Shown in pieces: positions 1 to 7,317 of a stretch of DNA of 11,374 nt. Numbering within the stretch: position 1 is the stretch's first letter; each line of letters starts with the position of its first letter. Below the pieces are notes generated by a model that worked only from the letters and a program-made list of their open reading frames with translations, did not search any database and was not told where the DNA came from. Source of the stretch: Thermovirgaceae bacterium. GTDB taxonomy: Bacteria > Synergistota > Synergistia > Synergistales > Thermovirgaceae. A program made the translations under genes and the position numbers. The stretch spans positions 1 through 11,374 of the forward strand of contig JBKHBH010000068.1 of assembly GCA_046542505.1 (NCBI GenBank). The letters run 5' to 3'.

Positions 1-188
1 AAAAGGTCATCCCCTCCTTCGAGATCGATTACGACGTTGACCCGGACAGGCAGGCAATAGCCGAATCATGGCCCAACTCCCTGGACTGCTCGTCGGCCGT
101 GGAGGAGTGGTATTTTTCGCCCGAGTACGACCTCGACCGCATGACCCGCGATATGCTGGAAAAACTCAAGAAGAAGGCGCAAGAATAG
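1..188 (+). CDS. tdh: C-terminal fragment of an NAD-dependent epimerase/SDR-type L-threonine 3-dehydrogenase (5'-truncated by window)
   Basis: Not in the ORF track. Frame starting at nt 3 reads KVIPSFEIDYDVDPDRQAIAESWPNSLDCSSAVEEWYFSPEYDLDRMTRDMLEKLKKKAQE* (TAG 186-188). 'RQAIAxSWPxSLD...EW...YDL..MT.DML' is the typical C-terminus of GalE-like threonine dehydrogenases. Confidence 0.85.
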   Translation, partial: KVIPSFEIDYDVDPDRQAIAESWPNSLDCSSAVEEWYFSPEYDLDRMTRDMLEKLKKKAQE

Positions 189-230
189 CGAATCTTTTTC
201 CATCGGAAGCGAATATGTCATGATCTGCGG

Positions 231-276
231 CGCAAGACCGGGGAGGGGATTATCCCCTCCCCGGTCTTGCGTTTTT
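231..276 (+). terminator. Rho-independent terminator after tdh
   Basis: Perfect 20-bp inverted repeat CGCAAGACCGGGGAGGGGAT (231-250) / ATCCCCTCCCCGGTCTTGCG (252-271), followed by TTTTT (272-276). Confidence 0.88.
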
Positions 277-357
277 CACGTAACATGTTCGGAATGGGAT
301 AGAATGAAATGCAAGTACCGTTTCAAAAAACCTACGGTACCGAGGAAGGTACTTTTC

Positions 358-678
358 ATGCAGGAGAAGTTCGAAAAGGTGACACTCGTGTGCAAGGCTA
401 ACGTTTATTACGATGGAAAGGTAACGAGCAGAACCTTTTACCTCCCAGGCGGCGAACGCAAGACCCTGGGCGTTTTTCTTACGGGCGACTACGAGTTCAG
501 CACCGGCGATGCGGAAGTCATCGAAGTCCTGCAGGGAAGCGCCAGCTTCCTTTTGCCAGGCAAAAGCGACTGGGAAACCGTCAGCGTGGGTGAAAGCTTC
601 AGCATTCCCGCCAACAGCTCCTTCAATCTGAAGAACGACGAGGTTTTCGACTACCACTGTTCATACATCAAGGAATAA
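358..678 (+). CDS. ppnP: Pyrimidine/purine nucleoside phosphorylase PpnP (YaiE/DUF1255, cupin fold), 106 aa
   Basis: Signature KANVYYDGKVTSRT...GERKTLGV...YEFST...E.IEVL.G...F.IPANSSF...DY.CSY. Start moved from 220 to ATG 358 because of the SD-like GAGGAAGG at 342-349 and because the longer ORF runs through the terminator. Confidence 0.92.
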   Translation: MQEKFEKVTLVCKANVYYDGKVTSRTFYLPGGERKTLGVFLTGDYEFSTGDAEVIEVLQGSASFLLPGKSDWETVSVGESFSIPANSSFNLKNDEVFDYHCSYIKE

Positions 679-743
679 CGGGCTTGCCCTGAAGGAGGTT
701 TTCCCGGGGGCGTCGCCTTGATCTTTTTTGCAGGGAGGAAGCC

Positions 744-2042
744 ATGAATCAAAAACCGAACGCAGCTTTACAGAAAATCCGTGATGACGCCATGAAGGCG
801 GCCCTGGAGGCTATAGAGGCTGTCTTGCCGGAAAGAGCCGTACAGAAAGCCATCGAAAAAGAGGAATTTCGTCGTCGTATCGAGTCACCGGGAAAGCTCG
901 TCCTCGTCGCGATAGGGAAGGCTTCCTGGCAAATGGCCAAGGCTGCGGCAGACAGCCTGGACGGGCGTATTGACGGCGGCGTGGTAGTGACCAAGTACGG
1001 CCATTCCATGGGACCCATAACCGGGCTTGAAATACACGAAGCCAGCCATCCCGTTCCCGACGAGAACACCCTCGGAGGAACGGAAAAAGCCGTTGAAATG
1101 GTAGAGGACCTCGGCGAAAAGGATACTGTCATCTTTCTCGTCTCAGGTGGCGGGTCGGCACTCTTCGAAAAGCCCCGTGAAGGTGTTTCCCTGGAAGACA
1201 TTGCTGACGTGACGGACCAGCTGCTGGCTTCCGGCGCCGACATCGTGGAGATCAACATGATCAGGAAACGTCTTTCAGCCGTCAAGGGCGGCCGCTTCGC
1301 CCGGATCGCCGCTCCGGCTCACATCTTTGCCGTGGTGCTTTCCGATGTTTTGGGCGATCGGCTCGACAGCATCGCCTCAGGTCCTGCACACCCTGACGGC
1401 ACGACGGAGGCCGAAGCCCTTCGAGTGGTAGAAAAGTATAGACTCAAACTAGACTCCCGACTCCTGGATGTCCTCAAGGAGGAAACACCCAAGGAGCTTT
1501 CCAATGTCACCACCGTCATCACAGGCAGCGTCACGGCCCTCTGTTCCGCTGCCGCTTCCGCTGTAGAGCGGCTCGGCTACAGGCCCCTGCTTCTTACCAC
1601 AACTCTGGATTGCGAGGCTCGAGAAGCCGGAGCCTTCATCGCCGCCATGGCGCGGGAGATTTCCTCGTCGGGAAATCCAGTCAGGCCTCCCTGTGCCGTC
1701 ATCGCGGGGGGGGAAACGGTGGTGCACCTCAGTGGGAAGGGCAAGGGCGGCCGGAACCAGGAGCTTGCCCTTTCCTCGGCGGTCGGGATTGCAGGCCTGA
1801 ACAACGTGGCCATTATCTCCGTGGGCTCCGACGGGACCGATGGGCCGACAGACGCCGCCGGAGGCCTGGTGGACGGCACAACGGTTACGGCTCTGGATGC
1901 ACTCGGAATAGATGCTGAAGCCGTGCTGGCGGACAACGACTCCTACCATGCTCTAGACGCCTGCGACAGTCTCGTCCGAACGGGGCCGACGGGAACAAAC
2001 GTCAATGACGTGACCATATTGCTGTGCGAAGACGGCTTGTGA
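744..2042 (+). CDS. Class II glycerate 2-kinase (DUF4147 + MOFRL; TtuD/GckA family), 432 aa
   Basis: Motifs [89 protein letters not shown] just upstream. Confidence 0.95.
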   Translation: MNQKPNAALQKIRDDAMKAALEAIEAVLPERAVQKAIEKEEFRRRIESPGKLVLVAIGKASWQMAKAAADSLDGRIDGGVVVTKYGHSMGPITGLEIHEASHPVPDENTLGGTEKAVEMVEDLGEKDTVIFLVSGGGSALFEKPREGVSLEDIADVTDQLLASGADIVEINMIRKRLSAVKGGRFARIAAPAHIFAVVLSDVLGDRLDSIASGPAHPDGTTEAEALRVVEKYRLKLDSRLLDVLKEETPKELSNVTTVITGSVTALCSAAASAVERLGYRPLLLTTTLDCEAREAGAFIAAMAREISSSGNPVRPPCAVIAGGETVVHLSGKGKGGRNQELALSSAVGIAGLNNVAIISVGSDGTDGPTDAAGGLVDGTTVTALDALGIDAEAVLADNDSYHALDACDSLVRTGPTGTNVNDVTILLCEDGL

Positions 2043-2043
2043 T

Positions 2044-3000
2044 ATGGCCCGGACACGGTTTGGATTCCTTGACGTAACCCTCATACCTGAGACGAGGGCG
2101 ATCTTCGAGTCCCTCTCGGCGGAAGGAGAGGTCCTTTTCCTTTGCGGGAAAGACGCAGGGCGGCTTGAACAAAAGCGGCCTGAAATCGACATCATCTTCA
2201 CCCGCCTGTACGGAATTGACAGGGCTTTTCTCGAACATTCCAGTTCCCTCAAGGGCATCGTCATGGCCGGCGTGGGGGCTGATCATATCGACGTGGAGGC
2301 CGCCTCAAAGCTGGGTATCCCCGTGGTCATCTCACCCGGCAACGAGGTGTCCACGGCTGAATCGAGCATCCTGTTCATGCTAGCCGTTGCCCGGCAGCTT
2401 GCGCAAAAAAACAAAAACACAACGCCATCGGCCAATATCCTCGGGATGGAGCTTTTCGGGAAAACCCTTGGCCTGGTAGGAACAGGCAGGGTGGCAAAAC
2501 GGGTAGCCCATATCGCCGCTTTTGGTCTCGGCATGCGGGTTCTTGCCACATCGCCAAGGGTTTTTGAAAAATCAGTCGACGTTCCCTGGGAACCGGCGAC
2601 GCTTGAGCAAATACTGGATGAAAGCCATGTCATAAGCCTTCATTGCCCCCTCACGGACCGCACGTGGCACCTTCTCGACGAACCAAAGCTCCGCCGAATG
2701 AAAAAGGGCGCTATCCTGGTCAATATGGCCCGCGGCGGAATAGTGGACGAGAAAGCCCTGATCAACGTCCTGCGCGACGGTCACTTGGTCGGTGCGGGCC
2801 TTGATGTCGTGGAAAACGAGCCTCTCAAAAGCGACAACCCCTTGCTGGAACTCGAAAACGTCATAGTAACTCCGCACAGGCTGACACAGACCACGGAAAG
2901 CCTCGTCAACCAGGCGCGGAACATGCGTGACTCCGCATTAAAACTTCTCAAAGGGAGAATCCCCGAGACAACTATGAACAAAAACACCCTGGTTACATAA
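2044..3000 (+). CDS. D-isomer-specific 2-hydroxyacid dehydrogenase (hydroxypyruvate reductase/SerA-like), 318 aa
   Basis: GVGADHIDV, ELFGKTLGLVGTGRVA (Rossmann), SLHCPLT..T, VNMARG (Arg), GLDVVENEP (Glu), VTPH (His). Starts 1 nt after the kinase stop, suggesting translational coupling. Confidence 0.9.
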   Translation: MARTRFGFLDVTLIPETRAIFESLSAEGEVLFLCGKDAGRLEQKRPEIDIIFTRLYGIDRAFLEHSSSLKGIVMAGVGADHIDVEAASKLGIPVVISPGNEVSTAESSILFMLAVARQLAQKNKNTTPSANILGMELFGKTLGLVGTGRVAKRVAHIAAFGLGMRVLATSPRVFEKSVDVPWEPATLEQILDESHVISLHCPLTDRTWHLLDEPKLRRMKKGAILVNMARGGIVDEKALINVLRDGHLVGAGLDVVENEPLKSDNPLLELENVIVTPHRLTQTTESLVNQARNMRDSALKLLKGRIPETTMNKNTLVT

Positions 3001-3007
3001 TCAGAGA

Positions 3008-3035
3008 TTGACAAAGACCTGTATAGTGATAGGCT
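3008..3035 (+). promoter_or_regulatory. Putative sigma70/sigmaA promoter of the amidinotransferase-ABC operon
   Basis: Consensus -35 TTGACA (3008-3013), 16-nt spacer, extended -10 TGn-TAGGCT (3027-3035), in an AT-rich intergenic stretch. Confidence 0.65.
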
Positions 3036-3192
3036 TTTGCCAATCACCAATTTCCTGAAAGGAATAAATTTTCTTCTAGGTAAAACATCCGGCGGCTATC
3101 CTGGTTTTTTCCGCGTTTCTGGAAGGACAGCATGCCTATGAAAACTGGTGGCTTCGGTGAATCCAAATGCCACCAGTGGCAGGAGGATGGAC

Positions 3193-4201
3193 ATGTCTCT
3201 TCGAAACAGTTCCCAGTACTATCACGCCGTCCTGGAACGGATACCGCCTCGTGCAAGGCCGGTTTTCGAGGACCCGGGAATGCAGGAACGCGTGTGGGGC
3301 CGCCATTGGGGCGTCCGCACTGACGTCGGGACTTTGAAGGCCATCCTGCTCCACCGGCCGAAAGACGAGATCCGCATCATGACAGGGGACAAGTATGATC
3401 CCCAGCTGGAAGCCCTTATTGACGATGATCAACAGTGGTATTTCCGTTCCGACAAGGCTCCGGACCTTGCAAAGATGCAGGAGGAACATGACGGGCTCGT
3501 TGCCATCCTTGAAAAGGAAGGCGTCGAGATATTTTGGGTTGACGGCGGGCCGAAGGATCCCAATGCGGTTTTAGCTCGTGACAACGCCATGATCGTCGAC
3601 GGTGGAGCCGTTTTGTCCCGTATGGGGCCCGTGGGAAAGGATTACGGAACGGGCAGAAGAGCTTTACGTCTACAGGAAGCTTGCCGAAATCGGCATGCCG
3701 GTGATCCACATGATTCACGGTGACGGCCTCATGGAAGGGGGAAGCTTCTGCATTCTCAACGAAAATGTGGCCGCTGTCGGGACGAGCTTCCGGGGCAATA
3801 CTTCCGGGGCAGGCCAACTTAAGACAGTTCTGGAAACGCAGGGTAAGGACCTCATTGAAGTACCCCTCCCGGGGTACGCAATGCGTCTCGACGGCGGGAT
3901 CGTCATGGTCGATCACGACAATGCCGTAGTGAATGTGGAGCGCCTTCCCTACTGGTTTCTTGATGTTTTGAAGAAGCTTGAAATAAAAACCATCCCCGTC
4001 GATTACCGGGACAGCACCATGGCCTTGAACTGCCTGGCTCTCGCACCAGGCAGGGTTGTCATGGATTCGGGCTGCCCCTGGTCCGCCGAAAGGCTTGCCG
4101 GCTGTGGCGTGGAGGTGCTGACAACCCCCTGGACTGAGATATCGAAGCACGGTGGTGGGATCCACTGCTCTACCTTGCCTCTCGTCAGGGAGAATGACTA
4201 G
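3193..4201 (+). pseudogene. Frameshifted amidinotransferase/pentein-family (DDAH/arginine deiminase-like) gene, paralogue 1 (~338 aa if repaired)
   Basis: SD AGGAGG 3181-3186, ATG 3193. The N-half (ORF 3148..3723 frame: DVGTLKAILLHRP, EHDGLV, NAVLARD) switches at ~3655-3661 to the C-half (ORF 3602..4201 frame: EELY, MEGG, MRLDG, NCLALAPG, GGGIHCSTLP). Both halves align colinearly with the intact paralogue at 7318-8271. The catalytic His position is Arg. Confidence 0.85.
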
Positions 4202-4371
4202 CCGGGAACGTCCGTCGGGGGGTGCTTTCGCGGGAAACGGTCACGGGCCGACCGCAGGGAAGGGGGAATCGCCCGGAAAGGGGAAGACAAAAGAGGACTG
4301 AACCCTTGAAGCGGGGAAATGTTCCGAAAGGAAGAGAAGCGAGCGAACCCCAACAGGAGGTGCATTGTTTG

Positions 4372-5175
4372 ATGAGCAAAAAATGGTTCTGCGTTCTTGC
4401 AAGCGTACTCGTTGTGGCTTTTTCGGCAGGTGCCGCGCTGGCTGCAACGTCAACGCTGGAGACCATCCAGAAGGCCGACAAGATCGTCATCGGGTCTGCG
4501 CCCGGATACCTTCCCTTTGAAATGATGGACAAGGAAGGAAACTTCATCGGGTACGACATCGACCTCGGCAGGGCGATCGCCGATTCCCTCGGCGTAGATG
4601 TCGAGTTCCGCCAGTTTGAATTCTCCGGTCTTATCCCGGCCCTTCAGACGGGCGAGATAGACATGCTCATCGCTGGAATGACGATTCGCGGCGACAGGGC
4701 ACTGGCGATCAGCTTTTCCGACCCTTACTATGCCACGGGACAGGTCCTGATGGTTCCCGCCGATGACACCGAAACCAGTTCCTGGCAGGATCTGGACAAA
4801 CCGGGTAAACGGATTGCCCTTTCACAGGGCACCACGGGTGCTCTTCTTGCCAAGAGCATTTTCACAGAGGCCGAGTTCCTTGATTTCCCGACCTTCCCGG
4901 AAGCCGCTGCAGCCCTTGTCAACGGTGACGCCGACGGCATCGTCTACGATGAGCCGGGTATCCGCATGTATGAAATCATGCACGAAGGCTCTGTCAGGGG
5001 TATCTATGACCTGATCAGCAGGGAAAACCTGGGCATTGGCGTCCGTCACAATGACTTCGCCATGATCCAGTGGGTCAACTCCTTCCTGCAGCACTACGTT
5101 GGCAGCATCGACGAAATGGAGTCACGAACCAAGTGGTTCGAGTCTTCCGACTGGATGGAGGAAATGAAGCAGTAA
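4372..5175 (+). CDS. Polar amino-acid ABC transporter substrate-binding protein (SBP_bac_3), ~267 aa
   Basis: SD AGGAGGT 4355-4361; start ATG 4372 (or in-frame TTG 4369). Signal peptide MSKKWFCVLASVLVVAFSAGAALA; motifs YLPFE, GYDIDL, FSGLIPALQTGEID, GMTIRGDR, FSDPY, QGTTG. Confidence 0.93.
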   Translation: MSKKWFCVLASVLVVAFSAGAALAATSTLETIQKADKIVIGSAPGYLPFEMMDKEGNFIGYDIDLGRAIADSLGVDVEFRQFEFSGLIPALQTGEIDMLIAGMTIRGDRALAISFSDPYYATGQVLMVPADDTETSSWQDLDKPGKRIALSQGTTGALLAKSIFTEAEFLDFPTFPEAAAALVNGDADGIVYDEPGIRMYEIMHEGSVRGIYDLISRENLGIGVRHNDFAMIQWVNSFLQHYVGSIDEMESRTKWFESSDWMEEMKQ

Positions 5176-5193
5176 GAAAACAACAGCTGTTAA

Positions 5194-5222
5194 CGCCCCC
5201 GGGCGTTTGCGGCCCGGGGGCG
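5194..5222 (+). promoter_or_regulatory. GC-rich intercistronic stem-loop (probable mRNA-stabilising/attenuating hairpin between SBP and permease)
   Basis: Perfect 11-bp all-GC stem CGCCCCCGGGC (5194-5204) / GCCCGGGGGCG (5212-5222), 7-nt loop, no U-tract. Confidence 0.65.
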
Positions 5223-5254
5223 CCATTCATGCCAAAAGGTAAGGAGGGGGTTTT

Positions 5255-5908
5255 TTGTACACCGCCGACTGGAGCGTTATCGCCAACAACCTCCCCATGT
5301 TTCTCAAAGGGGCCTTGCTGACCCTGAAGATATCATTTCTGGCGCTGGTTTTAAGCATACCCATCGGAGCCATCGTGGGCCTTTGTCGCGTTTCACGAAA
5401 CCGTGTCATACGGTTTTTCGCGACCGCCTACGTCGAATTTTTCCGGGGCGTCCCGCTCTTGGTGCTTCTCATGTGGATCTTTTTCGTCCTTGGCCGGGTT
5501 CTTCGGCTCGGCTCATACTGGTCCGCAATCATCGGACTGGCAATTTTCTCAGGCGCCTTTGTGGCTGAGATCGTCCGGGCCGGGATTGAGGCTATTCCGC
5601 GGGGTCAGATGGAGGCGGCGCGCTCGTCGGGCATGACTTACGGCCAGGCCATGAAGCTGATCATCCTGCCCCAGGCGGTCAGAAAAGTTCTCCCGCCACT
5701 GGCGTCGCAGTTCATCATCCTGATCAAGGATTCATCGCTGGTATCGGTCATTTCAGTTGTGGACCTGACGCTGATCGGGAAGAATCTCGTGGCTACTACC
5801 TTCCGTTCCATCGAGGTTTTCTCTTTCATTGCCGTTATTTACTTCTGCATGACTTTCAGCCTGTCCAAGTTCATCGCCTACTTTGAAAGGCGCACCATAA
5901 GGGAATGA
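5255..5908 (+). CDS. Polar amino-acid ABC transporter permease (HisM/GlnP family), 217 aa
   Basis: TTG start after SD AAGGAGG; motifs GALLTLKIS, YVEFFRGVPLLV, EAA loop AEIVRAGIEAIPRGQMEAARSSGM, ILPQA, IKDSSL. Confidence 0.95.
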   Translation: MYTADWSVIANNLPMFLKGALLTLKISFLALVLSIPIGAIVGLCRVSRNRVIRFFATAYVEFFRGVPLLVLLMWIFFVLGRVLRLGSYWSAIIGLAIFSGAFVAEIVRAGIEAIPRGQMEAARSSGMTYGQAMKLIILPQAVRKVLPPLASQFIILIKDSSLVSVISVVDLTLIGKNLVATTFRSIEVFSFIAVIYFCMTFSLSKFIAYFERRTIRE

Positions 5909-5915
5909 CGGGGAC

Positions 5916-6662
5916 ATGACGATGAATAATACGGCTTTTTCGATCAGAAACGTTTCCAAGCGGTTCGGGACCCTGGAGGTCCTGAAAAATGTCACCTTCG
6001 ACATACCCAAATCGAAGGTCTATGCCGTCATAGGGCCCAGCGGGGCGGGTAAAAGCACCCTGGTGCGCACTTTGAACGGCCTCGAGGGCATCGACGAGGG
6101 GGAGATCCTCTTCGAAGGGGTTTCCGTCCATGACAAAAAGACCAACATCAACAAGCTCAGGACCAATATCGGTTTCGTCTCCCAGTCCTTTAATCTTTAC
6201 CCGCATCTTAACGTGCTGAGCAACGTCACACTTGCCCCGATCAACGTTCGCCGCTTGCCAAAACAGGACGCGGAGGAAAAAGGCCGCCGGATCCTGGCCT
6301 CCCTGGGCCTTGCCGACAAGGAGCAGGCCTATCCGAGCCGGCTTTCGGGAGGACAGCAGCAGCGTGTGGCCATTGCCAGGGCCATGGCCATGGAACCTCA
6401 CGTGATCCTTTTCGATGAACCCACTTCGGCCCTGGACCCTGAACTCATCAAGGAAGTGCTTGACGCCATCAGGCAACTTGCCGAAATGGGCATGACCATG
6501 GTGGTCGTCACCCACGAGATGAATTTTGCCCGGGAAATCTGCGACCAGATTGTCTTCATGGATTATGGTGCCGTTTTGGAAATAACGCCGCCGAAGGATT
6601 TTTATTCCGAACCGAAGACGGCGAGGGCCCGGGAGTTTTTGAGCAAGATTCTGCACCACTAG
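5916..6662 (+). CDS. Polar amino-acid ABC transporter ATP-binding protein (GlnQ/ArtR family), 248 aa
   Basis: Walker A GPSGAGKS, Q-loop VSQSFNLYPH, signature LSGGQQQR, Walker B/D-loop ILFDEPTSALDPE, H-loop VTHEM. Start may alternatively be ATG 5922. Confidence 0.96.
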   Translation: MTMNNTAFSIRNVSKRFGTLEVLKNVTFDIPKSKVYAVIGPSGAGKSTLVRTLNGLEGIDEGEILFEGVSVHDKKTNINKLRTNIGFVSQSFNLYPHLNVLSNVTLAPINVRRLPKQDAEEKGRRILASLGLADKEQAYPSRLSGGQQQRVAIARAMAMEPHVILFDEPTSALDPELIKEVLDAIRQLAEMGMTMVVVTHEMNFAREICDQIVFMDYGAVLEITPPKDFYSEPKTARAREFLSKILHH

Positions 6663-6670
6663 GAAGGGAG

Positions 6671-7237
6671 CTGGAAACGCTGTCCGATGTTGGCAGAAAC
6701 CTCCGGAATATACGCCTTGAAAAGGATCTGTCACTGTCCCGGCTTTCCGAAATGGCGGCCATTTCGGTTGCGCAGCTGTCCAAAATAGAAAACGGCAAGG
6801 TTTCGCCCAGTCTTGCGGTTCTGCGCAAGCTGGCCGACGCGCTGGATGTGTCCCTTGCGGCCATGGTGGCCGAAAGCGTGCATCCCCGACTTAACCCGGT
6901 TTTCAAGGGCGAAGGGTATACCTTCAGACGGAACGCCTCAGGAAAGGAACCAATCGAAGAAGTCTTCCTTCACATGTCTCGGGAAGCCAGGATGCAGCCG
7001 GAAATCATTACCTTTCCACCAGGTTCGGAGAGCGGTCATGCACTGAGCCATGGCGGTGAGGAGTTTTTCTACGTTCTCGAGGGACGGATACGTTTTTTTT
7101 ACGGCCAGCAGCCGCCGGTGGACCTTGAGGAAGGGGATTTCATCTACTTCGACGACACGATACCCCACAGGTATGAAAATCCGGACGAAAAGCGGCAGGC
7201 AAAACTGCTCATGTGCTGCTCGCCTCCGGTTTTCTAG
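6671..7237 (+). CDS. XRE-family HTH + cupin transcriptional regulator (PuuR/SutR-like), ~188 aa, probable CTG start
   Basis: HTH (VGRNLRNIRLEKDLSLSRLSEMAAISVAQLSKIENGKVSPSLAVLRKLADALDV) extends upstream of the ATG at 6752. Cupin motifs H.GEEFFYVLEG and GDFIYFD..IPH.YEN. The exact start is uncertain (CTG 6671 or 6680). Confidence 0.88.
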   Translation: METLSDVGRNLRNIRLEKDLSLSRLSEMAAISVAQLSKIENGKVSPSLAVLRKLADALDVSLAAMVAESVHPRLNPVFKGEGYTFRRNASGKEPIEEVFLHMSREARMQPEIITFPPGSESGHALSHGGEEFFYVLEGRIRFFYGQQPPVDLEEGDFIYFDDTIPHRYENPDEKRQAKLLMCCSPPVF

Positions 7238-7317
7238 AACCCGGATCATGTCAGAGGGACCTGTCTGGAAGAGTCCGCTACCAGACAACACGCGTTGAAT
7301 CAGGAGGAATTAAAGCT

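Noticed and set aside
231..271. 20-bp perfect inverted repeat as a MITE/REP or IS end
   Set aside because: Single copy in the window, no target duplication or transposase, and positioned after a stop codon with a T-tract, so a terminator explains it.
220..357. N-terminal extensions in the ORF track (220, 3148, 4222, 7213, 10016)
   Set aside because: They cross terminators, intergenic DNA or upstream genes; better SD-linked starts exist at 358, 3193, 4372, 7318 and 10142.
3049..3063. CodY-box resemblance (AATTTCCTGAAAGGA vs AATTTTCWGAAAATT)
   Set aside because: Four mismatches, and no evidence the host encodes CodY; the local palindrome is better explained as an operator for the operon's own regulator.
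3602..4201. Treating 3148..3723 and 3602..4201 as two independent genes
   Set aside because: They are the colinear N- and C-halves of one pentein domain; the overlapping tails are non-homologous, and the GTG at 3602 has no convincing SD.
4202..4260. Guanidine-II (mini-ykkC) riboswitch-like hairpins near ACG motifs
   Set aside because: No pair of hairpins with proper ACGR tetraloops; no guanidine-I/III consensus recognised here or in the 3040-3190 leader.
7262..7287. Hairpin TGTCTGG/CCAGACA upstream of paralogue 2, and the 10-bp palindrome AACAGCTGTT at 5182-5191
   Set aside because: Short, no U-tract, not overlapping an SD; could arise by chance.
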